This document shows positions 1 through 12,928 of a DNA stretch of 64,000 nt, in pieces. The notes below the pieces were generated by a model. It saw nothing but the letters and a program-made list of their open reading frames with translations. It was not told the DNA's origin and ran no database searches. A program made the translations under genes and the position numbers. The DNA comes from Octopus vulgaris (Eukaryota): contig OX597830.1 in assembly GCA_951406725.2 (NCBI GenBank), positions 40,176,001-40,240,000 on the forward strand, read 5' to 3'. How positions within the stretch are numbered: the first letter of the stretch is position 1; each line of letters opens with the position of its first letter.

Positions 1-139
1 TAACAGTAGCTTAATGATAACTAAATTATTTTACTAAATTCTTTGTTATATTTAAAATTAATTGAAAGAAACGCAAAGCATCTAAAAATAAATACGGTAA
101 TGAAAGGGTTCAAATATATAATAAAGAAATAATTCTTAA

Positions 140-344
140 CCCCTTTGTTATCAACCCAGCTGAAACCACTTCTGGCTCTGTAGTACAAATGTCTTGTTTT
201 CATAAGTTTTGAATTAAAATCTTCCACCAAACCTTAGTCACGATTTATGTTCCTAACACCAGCTTAATAACAAAATTCTTTGTTGTATTTAAAATAATTG
301 AAAGAAATACAGAGCATCTCAAAATTAATATGGTAATGAATGGG
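140..344. mobile_element. piggyBac-type MITE
   Basis: TTAA-CCC...GGG-TTAA. Family copies at 1-112 (partial), ~9925-10020, 24238-24460 and ~31287-31495. Confidence 0.75.
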
Positions 345-462
345 TTAATGATTCTGCCAGCTCATCACATTAATAACACAGCAAATATAACAACACTGTA
401 ATAGAGACCCAATATGACACTGTGATACTGAGAAGTAGTACAAATACAGTCACTGATTCATA

Positions 463-644
463 ACGTAACTGTTTTGGCTATCTCTGCAGAGATAGCAAAA
501 AATAGCTTTTGTTACCAACAATGATGATGCATTTTACAAACTTATTTTCAAGATGTCATGCTGAGTGGAGAGAGGGTTGCACCAGGACTTGAGTGGTGCT
601 TATATTTTTTGCTATCTCTGCAGAGATAGCAGAAACAATTACGT
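463..644. mobile_element. MITE-like element whose inverted ends each contain a perfect 20-bp palindrome
   Basis: GCTATCTCTGCAGAGATAGC at 477-496 and 611-630 inside ~45 bp inverted repeats. Confidence 0.5.
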
Positions 645-778
645 GCTTATCGTTCAACTGAGTAGACTGGAGCAACTTGAGACAAAGTGTCTTGCTTGAG
701 AACTCAATAAGCTGCCCAGTTTGAGAACCGAACCTATGACATTGCAATCATGAGTGTCCAGAACCCTTGCCTCTACAA

Positions 779-1355
779 CAGTGGTTCTCAACTGGGATCC
801 ATATGACCCCTAACAATCCATATAAGATTGGCGGGGGGGGGGGGGGTCCACGCAACTAAATAGTAAATTGGGGATCCACAAAAGTATTTTAAGGGCCCCT
901 GAAAATATTTTGCTTTATATTGCTATGTATTGCAAGAAACAGCCAGGTTTCTTTCTCTAATATTTTACATAGATCAACCTACACAAGTTAATGTGTGACG
1001 AACAAAATAGGAATTTTGAAAGAAGTGTTTATGAAACTAGTTTTTAAACATCAGATGGTTACGGGGGTCCACCAGAATAATATCATAACCAAAGGGGTCC
1101 ATAGATTAAAAATGGTTGAGAACCACTACTTTAGATATGTATAATGGTTATCTATTGCAAGAAACAGCCAGGTTTCTTTCTCTAACATTTCACGTAGATA
1201 ATCCTACACAAGTTAATGTGTGAAAAGCAGATAAGAATTTTAGAAGAAGTTTCTATAAAACTAGTTTTTAAACATCAGATGCCTATGAGGGTCCACCAGA
1301 ATAATATCGTAACCAAAGGGGTTCATAGATTAAAATTGGTCGAGAATCCTTGATC
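779..1355. mobile_element. hAT (MER5-like) MITE with tandem duplication of its right half
   Basis: CAGTGGTTCTCAAC...GTTGAGAACCACTA (779-1127); ~1153-1355 repeats ~929-1127. Related copies at ~58747 and 61541-61799. Confidence 0.8.
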
Positions 1356-1847
1356 TAGACCATGTGCCTTCAACAATAACAACAACAAAAAACAAAGACT
1401 CATCCTGTCATACAAACATGCCGTTAACTTTTTTTTTAACTCCTTTATCTGTTTCAGTGATTGGACTGTGACCATGCTGGGGCACTACCTTGAAGGGTTT
1501 TATTCAATCATATCAACCCCAGTAATTGTTTTTAAGTCTGGCACTCATTTAGAGCGATCTCTGTGTGCTGCACCACCAAGTTATGGGATATAAACACACA
1601 AATGAACAGCATCACGTACACGTGTGCGTGTGTTCATGCAAGTGCATATACACACACATTGAAAGGTTTCTTCTGTCCAGTATTCTGTCCACCAGTTTCA
1701 CTCACAAAGCATTGGCCCACCCAAGGCTATAGTAAGAGCACTTGGTCAAGATGTCAAACTGTGAGGCTGAACTTGAAACCATGTGGTTATAAAGCACATG
1801 ATACGTGTATAATAGGAAGGATTCCATAGTGTGGAGAACTGAATTAC

Positions 1848-1916
1848 CTGTTCCTTTCAAGAAATTTCCGTCGTCTTTCATCAGGGTCGTCTTCTCCTGA
1901 CCTTTTCGGTCTCTTA
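1848..1916 (-). CDS. ATF2: ATF2-family exon 7 (KRPKRSGEDDPDERRRKFLERNR; start of bZIP basic region)
   Basis: catag|T AAG AGA CCG...AGG AAC AG|gtaatt; 69 nt, phase 2 to 2. Matches ATF2 EDPDEKRRKFLERNR. No following AAASRCRQK exon was seen in 1-1847. Confidence 0.96.
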
Positions 1917-3481
1917 CTATGAAAGTAGAAAACAGAGACAAATAATATAACAAGCATATTTCAGAAGAATTTTTTTTTTTTTGCATTTCTGTTGATATTT
2001 TAAATGATCCCAAAATGGTAATACCAATGTTGTAAAGAAAGCTCAGAGAGACGAACTGTAGTGAGTTGAAGGAGATTTGGCTGGTATTTCTAGAAGGTCA
2101 GGTGATTGTGTAGAACAGTAATGGGCAACCTATGGCCTGCAAGATTTTCTGAATGGCATGTCTAATGAAAAGAATTACCTTGAAACTTTTTAGTAGCAGA
2201 TCTGCCTAATAATGAGCCATGCCTCATGTGGCCCACATCTCAAAACATGTTGCCTATACCTGGCTCCTGCACTGGATCAAATGACTATATTGGCTAGGTA
2301 GCAAAACTGGATGAAATCATGGGATTTTATTTCAGGTCAAGACACACGTAGCTATTAAATGACCCAGTCCACCTAGCAGTAAATAAGACAGCGTGCTGGA
2401 AACAGGTGCAAAGCTATAAAAATCAACAAGTGTTTAGATAGCTTACAGTGCAGAATTCAGCTTCTCCTGTGGTCACTGCTTGGAAAGAGAGAGACCCAAA
2501 TGAGCTGGGTCACCCTACTAGTCAGACATGAAGACAGCCCTTGGTGTTTCCAGTCTAACCAAATGGGTTGTACTGGAAATGAGCTTTTTCCAGTTTCTGT
2601 CAACTGAATCCACTCACAAGGTTTTGGTCAGCCTGGGGCTATATTAGAAGACACTCGGCTAAGGTGCTACACTGCAGAACAGAACCTGAGACCTCACGAT
2701 TGAAAATCGGATGCTTAACCATACAACCATGTCTGCATGCCAGCACGGACAATGGACATTACATGATCATGATGATGATGATGATATGTAGGGCAAAGAC
2801 AAAGAAATGTAGTATTAAGTTATTGTTAACATTTAACATTGATTGAGCTGACATGTGATCACGCCACGATCACCTGTTTTTAATTTAGTATTGATTACCT
2901 CTGTCCCATAAAAGTAGCATGTCTAAGAATACATTAAACAATGTGCTTTGCTTTGACTGAATGGCAGGGTGTGATTGAAGGGGGATTTTAGTCGTTAATG
3001 TGCATTATTGAAGGAATAAGATACTGGAATTTCAGCAGATGGTCTAAGAGTTCAAAGTTCGTGCTTTCATCAATGAACAAGGAAATATGGAAGTAAATGG
3101 TAAAGAAAAACATGGAATTGGTGTTTGAGAAGAAGGAAAAATTCTTAAAAAAGCAGTAACAAGATAACAAGGATAGGGAGAAGAAAGGAGATGAGGACAG
3201 TAGAAAAGAAGGAAAAAAAGGAACAGAAATTAGGGGAGGATGAGAAGAAGAGAAAATAGAGAAGGTGTGACAAGGAGAAATAGATAAATTTGATGTAGAA
3301 AACAAATGGATGAACAAAGGTAAGGAAGATGATAAGGAGGTGGGAAAGGAGAGGAATTTGACAAGGAGGAGGAGGTAGAGAGGAGAAAGAAGAAGAAGTA
3401 GCGAACAAAAAGAAGATGGAGAAGGAAGAGGAGAAAGAAGAATGAAAGATGCAGGAGGTAAGTATAAAAAGTGTTACTAAC

Positions 3482-3705
3482 ATGACAACACCACTACCAC
3501 CAATAATAGCGGCATCCAGACTCTCTGGTGATGAAACTGTAGCATCAGATGTAACACTTGCTGTCTCCGTTATGATGGACATGGATGACGGCGACGGTGA
3601 TGCTATTTGACTGACATGGTTGACCGAATCCACCAACCGACTGTTGTTGGAAGTGGTCAAGTCTTGAGGGACATTCTGACTACTTTGTAAAGCAGCTTTC
3701 AATTT
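3482..3705 (-). CDS. ATF2: ATF2-family exon 6 (KLKAALQSSQNVPQDL...GGSGVV)
   Basis: ctcag|AAA TTG AAA GCT GCT TTA; AKQ|KLKAAL matches ATF2 AKMRLKAAL. Donor AT|gttagt gives phase 2, which the next exon requires. The 3' boundary is slightly less certain. Confidence 0.88.
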
Positions 3706-3794
3706 CTGAGGAAAGTGAAAATGATAATAAAGTAAAAACAACAACAAACAATAAAACAATTGTAAAATAGCCATGTGTAGTCATGGCAACAATA

Positions 3795-3958
3795 CAGCAT
3801 GTCCAAAAAGTTTTGCCTGATTCTTATTTTGAAAACTGATGATAATGATTGTAGGTTTTTCAATTAATTTTATTGTATAGAACAATGATGAATAATAACT
3901 ACAAATGAAACAATGAAACAATAAAATAAAAACTGGGCAGAATTTTCCAGACACCCTG
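3795..3958. mobile_element. Tc1/mariner-type MITE
   Basis: TA-CAGCATGTCCAAAAAGTTTTGCC ... GGCAGAATTTTCCAGACACCCTG-TA; diverged ~28 bp TIRs. Confidence 0.6.
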
Positions 3959-4060
3959 TATATAACATCTACCTACCCACCTATCTATCTAACTATGTGT
4001 GTGCATGTTTGTGAAACGAAAGAAAGTCGCACCCTAACCCTAATATGTAATTAGGAAGGC

Positions 4061-4726
4061 ATTACATATCTTTTCTAATAACAGTTTGATTTAACTTCAA
4101 ATGGCTTAAAGTTTCATGGGCATGTAGGACAGACCCATCTCATCAGATATAAGGTGAAGAGTGAGAGATTTCAAACAAATTCAGGATGGCTGCTAAATGT
4201 TAGGCCTCTAATGGTCAGCTCAGGTTCCATGGTGTGACACCAGCTATTTTCTTAATTTTTAAGCTTACGTGCTCAGAAAGGATGTTGGCAGGATGCTGAC
4301 GCCACTTTGGTGATAAACTGAGGTGTAATGTATTGAGCAACATCAGTTATTTGCATTGGGTACCACACATCGTAGTGTGGGATGTTGACATAGGTCAGTA
4401 GCACAGACGTCTTTCAGTAGAGTATCAACACATCAGCAGCAATAGTTTTTTTGCTTTTTTTTTTTAATGTAGGAGTAACCAGATTTGATAGTGTTAGGTT
4501 ACGATTAGGACTGGATGATCAACAAGGGTGAGACAAACTTTCACAGCATTAACATCACATAACCAGAGCTGACCAACAGGGATGTAACATCTAGATTCCA
4601 TACTGAATTTGTCTCAAGTCTCTCACTCTTCTCCTTATAGCTGATGAGATGAGTTCGTCCTATACACCCATGAAACTTTAAGTCATGTGAAGTCAAGCCA
4701 AACTGTTATGAGAAAAGATATGTAAT
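4061..4726. mobile_element. Old inverted-repeat element with hammerheads in both arms (Penelope-like)
   Basis: Diverged arms ~4061-4240 and ~4550-4726; each holds CTGATGA..GAAA on its outward-reading strand. Confidence 0.6.
4634..4692 (+). ncRNA. Type I hammerhead ribozyme fold (canonical core) in right arm of inverted-repeat element
   Basis: CTGATGA 4641-4647; stem II ATGAG/CCCAT (ATGGG/CCCAT in the other arm); GAAA 4672-4675; CTT-T-AAG; GTC 4682-4684. Stem I is partly decayed. Confidence 0.6.
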
Positions 4727-4804
4727 TCCTGAGTGAAACTGCTATTAAATACACATACACGCACACACACACACACACACACGTGTGTGTGTGTGTTTGT
4801 GTGT

Positions 4805-5105
4805 GAAGGCACATGGCTCAGTGGTTAGAGAATCGGGCTCACAATCATGAGGTAGTGACTTCGATTCCCAAACTGAGCTGTGTGTTGTGTTCTTAAGCAA
4901 AACATTTTATTTCACATTGCTCCAGTTCATCATTGGTGCCAAGCTGTGTCAGCCTTTGCTTTTCCTTTGGGCAACATTGGTGACATGGAAAGGGAAGGCT
5001 GGTATGCATAGGCAACTGCTGGTCTTCCATAAACAACCTTGCCCAGACTTGTAATTTTCCAGGTGCATTCTCATGGTCATACATGACCGAATGGTATCTT
5101 TACCC
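4805..5105 (+). mobile_element. tRNA-derived SINE family D (representative)
   Basis: gaaggcacatggctcagtggttagag..ttcgattcc..gtgttcttaagcaaaaca..cacattgctccagttca. Relatives at about 640-770, 52520-52770, 57175-57520 and 62120-62520. Confidence 0.75.
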
Positions 5106-5463
5106 TATATGTATACATAAAATTTCTTTCGGTTGAGACTTCAAGTTTCCTCTGAGAACTTATTCAAAATGTAAATATTCTTGGCCCGCAATAATTCATC
5201 CAATTGAGAGTTAGACTGGGTACCTCTGTGGTTGGGGTACCCAGTCTAATTCACAGTTAGCTGAATTGTTTCATAAGAGTTTCAACATAGGACTGAAAAC
5301 CTTCAGTTTCCTCTTGCTATAGAATCTAATGTGCTGCTGTAGGGTTGGGTAGCAAAAGCCTGAAAAATTATAATTTCATTAATAATCCATCAACTCAAAG
5401 ATTAAAAAAATTTAATTGGTGCAATTATTTCCAGAACCAAACAGAGAGAAGTAAATGTGTTAC

Positions 5464-5713
5464 CTGCTTAGCTAATGATGGCTGACTAAGCCCTGGTGAT
5501 GAGGAAGTAGTGGCGACAGCAGAAGCAGCAGCAACTGAAATAGGAGTTGCTGTAGAGGACTTGGGAGAGATGGCAGGGACAGGTATAGAGGCTACCTGCA
5601 TGGCAGAGTTCGTAATAGTGGCAGGGATCTGTACAGGAACAGTTTGTCCTGTAGGTAACTGCAAGAACACTTGCATTGTATACTGAGCAGATGAGATAAT
5701 ATTGGGGGACAAC
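5464..5713 (-). CDS. ATF2: ATF2-family exon 5 (LSPNIISSAQYTMQVFLQLPTGQTVPVQIPATIT...PSLAKQ)
   Basis: tgtag|G TTG TCC...AAG CAG|gtaaca; 250 nt, phase 2 to 0. LQLPTGQTVPVQIPA matches ATF2 LHLPNGQTMPVAIPA. Confidence 0.93.
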
Positions 5714-5779
5714 CTACAAAGGAAAACGAAAACAAATTAATTAAAACAAATGTCACATAAGTAACAGTCAAACAAACAT

Positions 5780-6100
5780 CATAATTGTGAGTGACAGACT
5801 TGTGTGTCACGTATTTAACATTCAATTGACTGTCATACCAGTGTCAACCATGAGACGAGTGACAGACTTGTGTATCACATATTTATCATTCAACTGACAG
5901 TCATATAAGTGTCAAACAACCATGAGACAAGTTACAGACTTGTGTGTCACGTATTTAACATTCAATTGACTGTCGTACCAGTGTCAACCATGAGACGAGT
6001 GACAGACTTGTATGTCACATATTTATCATTCAATTGACAGCCATACCAGTGACAAACAACCATAGGACGGGTGACAGATAAATGATTGCAGTAACTGCAT
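5780..6100. repeat. Minisatellite, ~60-65 bp units (paired ~125 bp higher order), in ATF2 intron 4
   Basis: Repeated catgagacgagtgacagacttgtgtgtcacgtatttaacattcaattgactgtc..agtgtcaac. Confidence 0.85.
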
Positions 6101-6281
6101 CATACAAATGACAGCCACACAATGCCAGCCAAGATAACTGTCACACAAGTGAAGATGATGATCACCAATGACACTGACAAAAGTTATACCTGAACTATAA
6201 GAACAATGATGACAACAACAAACATAGACACACTTTGTGACCAGCCACCAACCAACCACCCAGCACATGGTTTGAACTTAC

Positions 6282-6709
6282 ATGGGAGCTGCAGTAGTGT
6301 GCATGACTGTGGGTAGAGTAGTAGTTGTACTACTGACGGCGGTGCCTTCCGTCGTTGACTGCACTGAACTGTCTGCAAGCTGTGATGTCGTTGACATGAC
6401 CCCGTCGTCATCCGACGTGGTCGACGTGGGCTGAGGCATGGAATGCGTTGCAGAAACAGCAACAGAGGCCGAAGCCGGAGGTGATCCCATGGACATTCCA
6501 TGGCTGGACTGACCGCTCTCCTGCTGCTGCTGTTGTTGTTGTTGCTGTTGCTGCTGTTGCTGAACCACACTGCTTCTTGACGATTCATCTGCTACTTGGA
6601 TTTCTATGTCCTCGTTCTCCAATTTGAGAGTTTCCACAATTTTGTGTGGTCTCGAGACCACGGGGGTATTGAGTACTTCATTGGAATGTGGACCTGGTAA
6701 GGGGACAGC
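6282..6709 (-). CDS. ATF2: ATF2-family exon 4 (AVPLPGPHSNEVLNTPVV...polyQ...TTAAPM; low-complexity region)
   Basis: ctag|GCT GTC CCC...CCC AT|gtaagt; 428 nt, phase 0 to 2, open throughout (overlaps ORF 6278..6661). Phases fit both neighbours. Confidence 0.88.
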
Positions 6710-6849
6710 CTAGAAAGCAAGAAAAAAGATAACAAAATCAGTTCCCAGTGCTTGCAGCAAAAATGAAAATAGTATTAAGGTTTTAATCTCACTAAATCAT
6801 TTTCTCTGGTTAGCAGTCTTAATGCACCATGCATTAATGATAAAACAGG

Positions 6850-7310
6850 GACGATGATGATGATGATGACAGTGATAATGATGATGATGACGACGACAAT
6901 GATTATGATGATGATGAGGAGGAGGAGGATGACAACGATAATGATGATGATGCTACTGAGATGATGCTAGTGAGATGATACTAGTGATGGTAACGATGCT
7001 AGTGATGATGATGATGATGATGACAAGATAGGAGTAATGATAATAACAAGATGATAGTGATGAGAACAAAATGAGAGAGATGATGATAACAATTATAATG
7101 ATGATGATGGTGACAAGATGATGATGGTGACAAGATGATGATGATGACAATCATAACAATGACATGACGAATGATGACAATGACAAGATAACAGTAATAA
7201 CGATGATGAATGACAGTGATAACAATGAGAAAATAGATGTGGTGACAGACAAAGCTATAGTGATGATGATAAGATGTCAGCAATGGTGATGATGATAATG
7301 ACAAGGTGAC
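6850..7310. repeat. Degenerate (GAT/GAC)n microsatellite
   Basis: Direct inspection. Confidence 0.9.
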
Positions 7311-9082
7311 AAAGCAGCACAACTTTTCATCAAATGACATTTTATCAAACAAACATTTTCATGTTGCACTTCATCAGACATTTTTCAAATGCCAGTGCCG
7401 TTGGACTGGCTCCCGTGCAGGTAGCATGTAAAAAACACCTTTTGGAGCATGGTCATTGCCAGAACCGCCTGACTGGCCCTCGTGCCAATGGCACATAAAA
7501 GCACCCACTACACTCTCGGAGTGGTTGGCATTAGGAAGGGCATCCAGCTGTAAAAACATTGTCAGATCAGACTGGAGCCTGGTGCAGCCTTCTGGCTTGC
7601 CAGCCCTCAGGCCAACCGTCCAACCCATGCCAGCATGGAAAGCGGACGTTAAATGATGATGATAATGGTATTTTATCAAACTTTTCTTCAAGCATCTTCT
7701 ACTATAGCTCCAGGCTGAGCAAAGCTTTGGGAATGCATTTGGTAAATGAAAGCTGGAAAAAGTCCATTATGTATGTACAGAATGGCAATCTCCAGCGTTT
7801 TAAAACATACAAATCAAGAAAAAAAAATATAGAAGGGTTATATGATGTATTTATTTCATAACACCACCAAAACTTTTATCAAATCACTAAGTTAGTACTG
7901 TCAAAGAAAAAATTATTCTCTAAAGCATGGTTGTATGGTTAAGAGGTTTGCTTTGCAACCACATGATCTTGGGTTCAGTCCCACTGCACAGCACCTTAAG
8001 CAAGTTACCTCTACAATAGCCTTGGACCAACTAATGGCTTGTAAGAATTTGCTAGGTGGAAACTGTGTAGAAGCCCATTATGTGTTATATGTATGTGTGT
8101 CTTTGTGTTTGTTCCCCTTCGAACATTTAGCAACCAGTGTTGGTTTGTTTATATCCCCTCATAACTGAGTTTCACCTAAAGAGAATGATAGGATATGCAT
8201 CAGATGTTAAGAAAAATAAAAACAAGTACTGCGACTGATTCGTTTGACTAAACATTCAAGGTGGAGCCCCAGCATGGCCACACTTGAATGACTGAAACAC
8301 AAGATAAAAGATAAAATAATCATCATCATTGTTTAACGTCCACTTTCCATGCTGGCATGGGTCAGACAGTTTGACTGAAACTAGTAAGATGGAGAACTGC
8401 ATCAGGCTCCAATCTGATTCAGCATGGTTTCTACAACTGGATACCCACCCCCTAATACCTACCACTCTAAGAGTGTAATGGGTACTTTTTACGTGCCACT
8501 GGCACTTGTGCCAGTTATGTGACACCAACATTGACCACAACTATGATTTCCACTTGGCATATTGCCAAAGGTCTCGGTCACCTATCACGTCTGTAAGGCC
8601 CAATGGGCAAAGGGTGATTTTTATATGCTACCAACATGGGTGCCAGTTACACGAGGCCCAACGTTCGAAGATCATGCTTCACTACCTCATCCTCTGTCTT
8701 CCTGGGTCTACCTCTTCCCCACAGGTTCCCAAAATAATATATTAACAACATTTTTCAATATAAAAAGTCGTTTCCATAAATTTGTTTGGATGAGAATTGG
8801 TTCAATGAAACAACACTTAATTAGCCATCAGATGGGGGGGAAAAAATCACTTGATGGAAAGTCATACAACTGATGACAGACAATGACAAGATGAAGATGA
8901 TAACAGTGATAACAATGACAAGATAACAGCAATGACAATGATGTCTTAATGGAAATAATATTCAAAACAGTTTTGGATTTGGATTTGTTTGTTTGTTTTT
9001 TTTTTGCAATACAGTTCAGATCCTAAATGCAATATTCTAGAGATTCTTTTGAGTTCATGAGTCTGTGAAAGTAGAGAGAGAG

Positions 9083-9123
<41 letters not shown>

Positions 9124-10668
9124 AAGTACTTATGCACATGCATGACTGATTCAACAACAGTATCTTACCAGGTACAGTTTTGTAAACCAAAGGCAGAGAC
9201 TGATGGGTAAAGTCAAAAGCAACATCACCACCACCAACACAATCACCACTGCTACCAACACCACCACACCATCACTCTCGCCACCACCAACATCAACACC
9301 ACTGCCAACAACATCACCACCAGCAACACAAAACAACACCACCAACACAAAACAGCACCACCAACACAACCAACACCACCACCACCATCCCGCCAGCCCA
9401 CAAACATGCAAAGCTAAGAACTCAAAATAAACTTTTCGTTTTTAGTTGGGTAGTTTTACTGCTGTCCCAGCCATGGTCACCTCTTTTAGTAACAAATACC
9501 ATTCTCTCATCAACAGTGACAATGGCGACAACTGCTGAAGCAGCTACAATGGCAACATCATCATTGTCGTCATAACAAGTGGCAATGCAACATGTTTGAA
9601 TTTATTGCTTTCTTTCCTTTTAAAACCATTTCCACTCAATTAATACCTTTTGGATTTACACAAGGATGCGCTCTGTAATGGCATGATATAGAGAAAGAGA
9701 AAGAAGCAATAAATAGAGAAGTGGATAGGTGACAGGGGAGATAAATAGGTAGGCAGACTGATAGAGACAATAGATAAAAAGGGTTAGCTAATTACACAAA
9801 CAGGTATATGTAAGGTAGGGAAACAAGAGGGATAACTAGAAATTAAGGTAATTAAGCAAAGATAAACGACATAACCATTACAGAGAAAGTTTGGTTCATA
9901 CAACAGTCCCTCTGTTCACCCACGTTAGGAACATAAATTGTGACTAAGGTTGGGTGGAAGATTTTAATTCAAAACTTATGAAAATAAGACATTTGAACTA
10001 CAGAACCAGATGCAGTTTAACCAAGACAGGCTCTTCTACACTGTTACTTAAACTCCCAAGTGAGACTAGGCAATCACTTGAGTCAATGAAGGAAGCTCTA
10101 AGGTGTTGCATCAGCAAACACCAGAGGCAGTATGCGATTGCTTGAGTCAAAAGAGAAAAGGTTTTAAGTAGACCCTTAAGCCAGCAAAAGAGACTCTATG
10201 TGGACAGCTGAAGTAATAGGAGAGTCTCTATGCAGTGACTACAGTCAATGAGGAAGGAAGATCTGGATGGTATTTCTAGGTTATATGAACACATAGAGGC
10301 TTCTTTGATATTGGGAATGATTATGGAGACAGTTATGATGATGATGATGACAACAACAATTGTGAACTGGAAAAATGCAGAAATAAAATCTATTTCCAAT
10401 ATAATAAACCTCTTACAACCATTCGCTGTTGCTACCTTGTTTAATATATGAAATATTGCTGTTGTTGGGCCACTGCTACTTTATTCAGTTTCCCTCTCAC
10501 TTTCTTATTATCTTTTCTTTTTTTTTTTTTTTCGTATAACAAAAATACTAACTTAATCAGACAGTGGAATTAATGCTCAGAGACCAGATGAAATGGTCAG
10601 TAAATAATGCAATGCCCAAAATGTCCAATGCACTATAATCAAATCTGGTTTAATCAGACCTGCAATAC

Positions 10669-10713
<45 letters not shown>

Positions 10714-12209
10714 CCTCTCTCTCCCTCTTTCACACACATTTTCACTCTGATTGTGTCTTGATTGTTGATTAGATTTTTATTTTTAATCATGAATTTTATA
10801 TTTTTATAATATTTATCATCATCATCATCGTCGTCATCATTACTTTAATGTCCACTTTTCCATATTGGCATTTGTTGGACAGAGTTTATTGAGACAGATT
10901 TTGTGGGACTGGATGCTTTCCCTGTTGTCAACCCTTACCTGTTTCCAAGTGAAATGAATATTTCCCCATGGACTGACATGTTTTCATAGAACATTGCAAA
11001 CAAACAACATTTGTTTACAATAACAACACAATATCAAGACAAGAAGATGAAAACAGACACACTTACACGCATGTGTATGTGTGTGTGAGTGTATATACAC
11101 ACACATGACGGGCTTCTTACAGTTTCTGTCTACCAAATCCACTCACATGGCTTTGGTTGGCCTGAAGCTATAGTAGAAGACACTTGCCCAAAGATGTCAT
11201 GCAGTGGAACTGAACCCAGAACCATGCGGTTGGGAAGCAAGCTTCTTACCACACAGCCACTCCTGCGCCTATGTGTGTGTATACACACACACACACACAT
11301 AGAATAGACAACAGGCTTCTTTCAGTTTCCATTAACCAAATCTATTCACAAGGCTTTGGTCAGCCCAAGGCTATAGTAGAAGATACTTGTCCAAAGGTGT
11401 CATGCCTTGGAACTGAACCCAAAATCATGTGCTTGACCATAATTTTTATATTTATCGCAATTTTTTTTTTTATGTAATATTCTTTATGTTTAGAATTGAT
11501 ATTGGTGAGGTATAGATCTTAGTAGGTAAGTAGTTTGTATCTTATCTTACTATAATTAACGAACTGCGTTTCATGGGCTAAGGTACCATAATAGGATCGT
11601 ATAAGATGGGATGAATCAACAGGTTCAACTAGGAATTAACAAGACAATAACGAGAACTTTTATGACTTAATTAGAGGAAAGGGTTATACCAGTGAACCAT
11701 TTCTCAAGGCCTTTGAGACTAGTGAGAAGAAAGGGGCAAGTTATCCACAAACTAGAGACCTGGCTTAGATACTTGCAACAAAATGGACTCAGCTAGAAGC
11801 ACCTTAGATCCAAGCTGTGGTGTTAAACCAGAGAATGAAATGAGATGACTGTATGCAGCTGTTTGGATGCTGGTAATCTGATACAGCTGACTGGACATTG
11901 AACCTATTTTTGGTGCCAGTATGTTTTGGCACTGGAAGCAGATACACACACACACACACAAGGAAATATACACATACAGATAAATAAATAGAAAGGGACA
12001 CAGAAAGAGTGAGCGAGACAGAGACATGACACTCCCCCATATTTAGAGGTCTATGAACAAAGATGGAAGATTGAAGGGTGATAATTTAAGTGTCCTTATT
12101 AAGGGCACAAGTCAGTAACAGCAGCAGGGAGATCTAAAGCATTGACCTTTTCAACCTAAAGGCCAGCTCCCTAATAATTCACCTAGTGGTGATCTCATTT
12201 GATTCCTTA

Positions 12210-12271
<62 letters not shown>

Positions 12272-12677
12272 CACACACATACACACACACACACACAGTA
12301 CATGTAAATGAATGTACACAGCACCCAGACTTGCAAACATGCATGTGTGAATGCACACACATAAACACACACACACACATACACAAAACCAACATGCAGG
12401 CATCTACATACAGGCACACATATATACACAGCACTCAGATATGCACACAGTAAACACTCATGAATCTCTCTCTATCTACACACCACACACACACACTACA
12501 ACCAAGATGGGAAGCAATTATCCAAGAAAGGAGATGCAGTGTGACAATAATGTATGAGAAGTAAACTAAATTAAAGTTCGGATATATTTGTCTGTTGTTG
12601 GAAGAATATGAATCTCCTATTTCATGATTGTTGCTTTGTCTGAGAGAGAGTGGGGGGGTGAATAAGGCATAACTTAC

Positions 12678-12811
12678 ATCAGAGGAGACATCATTGCCGC
12701 CAGTTTCAGATGCTTTTTTAAAAGCTTCTTCAAAAGGGTTCTTAGTTAAATCTTGAAATAATCCAATCTCTTCACAGTTCTTAAGAAATTTAGTAGGGGT
12801 CGGTGTTTGAT
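12678..12811 (-). CDS. ATF2: ATF2-family exon 3 (DQTPTPTKFLKNCEEIGLFQDLTKNPFEEAFKKASETGGNDVSSD; transactivation domain)
   Basis: tacag|AT CAA ACA CCG ACC CCT...TCT GAT|gtaagt; 134 nt, phase 1 to 0. Near-identical to ATF2 DQTPTPTRFLKNCEEVGLFNEL..FENEFKKA. Confidence 0.97.
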
Positions 12812-12850
12812 CTGTACACAGCAAAAAAAAAAAGAAAAAAGAAAGAAAAC

Positions 12851-12869
12851 AAATAATAATAATAATGAC

Positions 12870-12928
<59 letters not shown>

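Noticed and set aside
3145-3481. Hydrophobic, TM-like extension of the 209-aa ORF
   Set aside because: Read-through into a purine/pyrimidine-biased intron; only 3482-3705 fits the exon phases.
9169-9413. Possible ATF2 poison exon (cttag|...CTG|gtaaga) with in-frame stop
   Set aside because: The body is a degenerate (GGT/GTT)n tract and the acceptor is modest; unsupported without RNA data.
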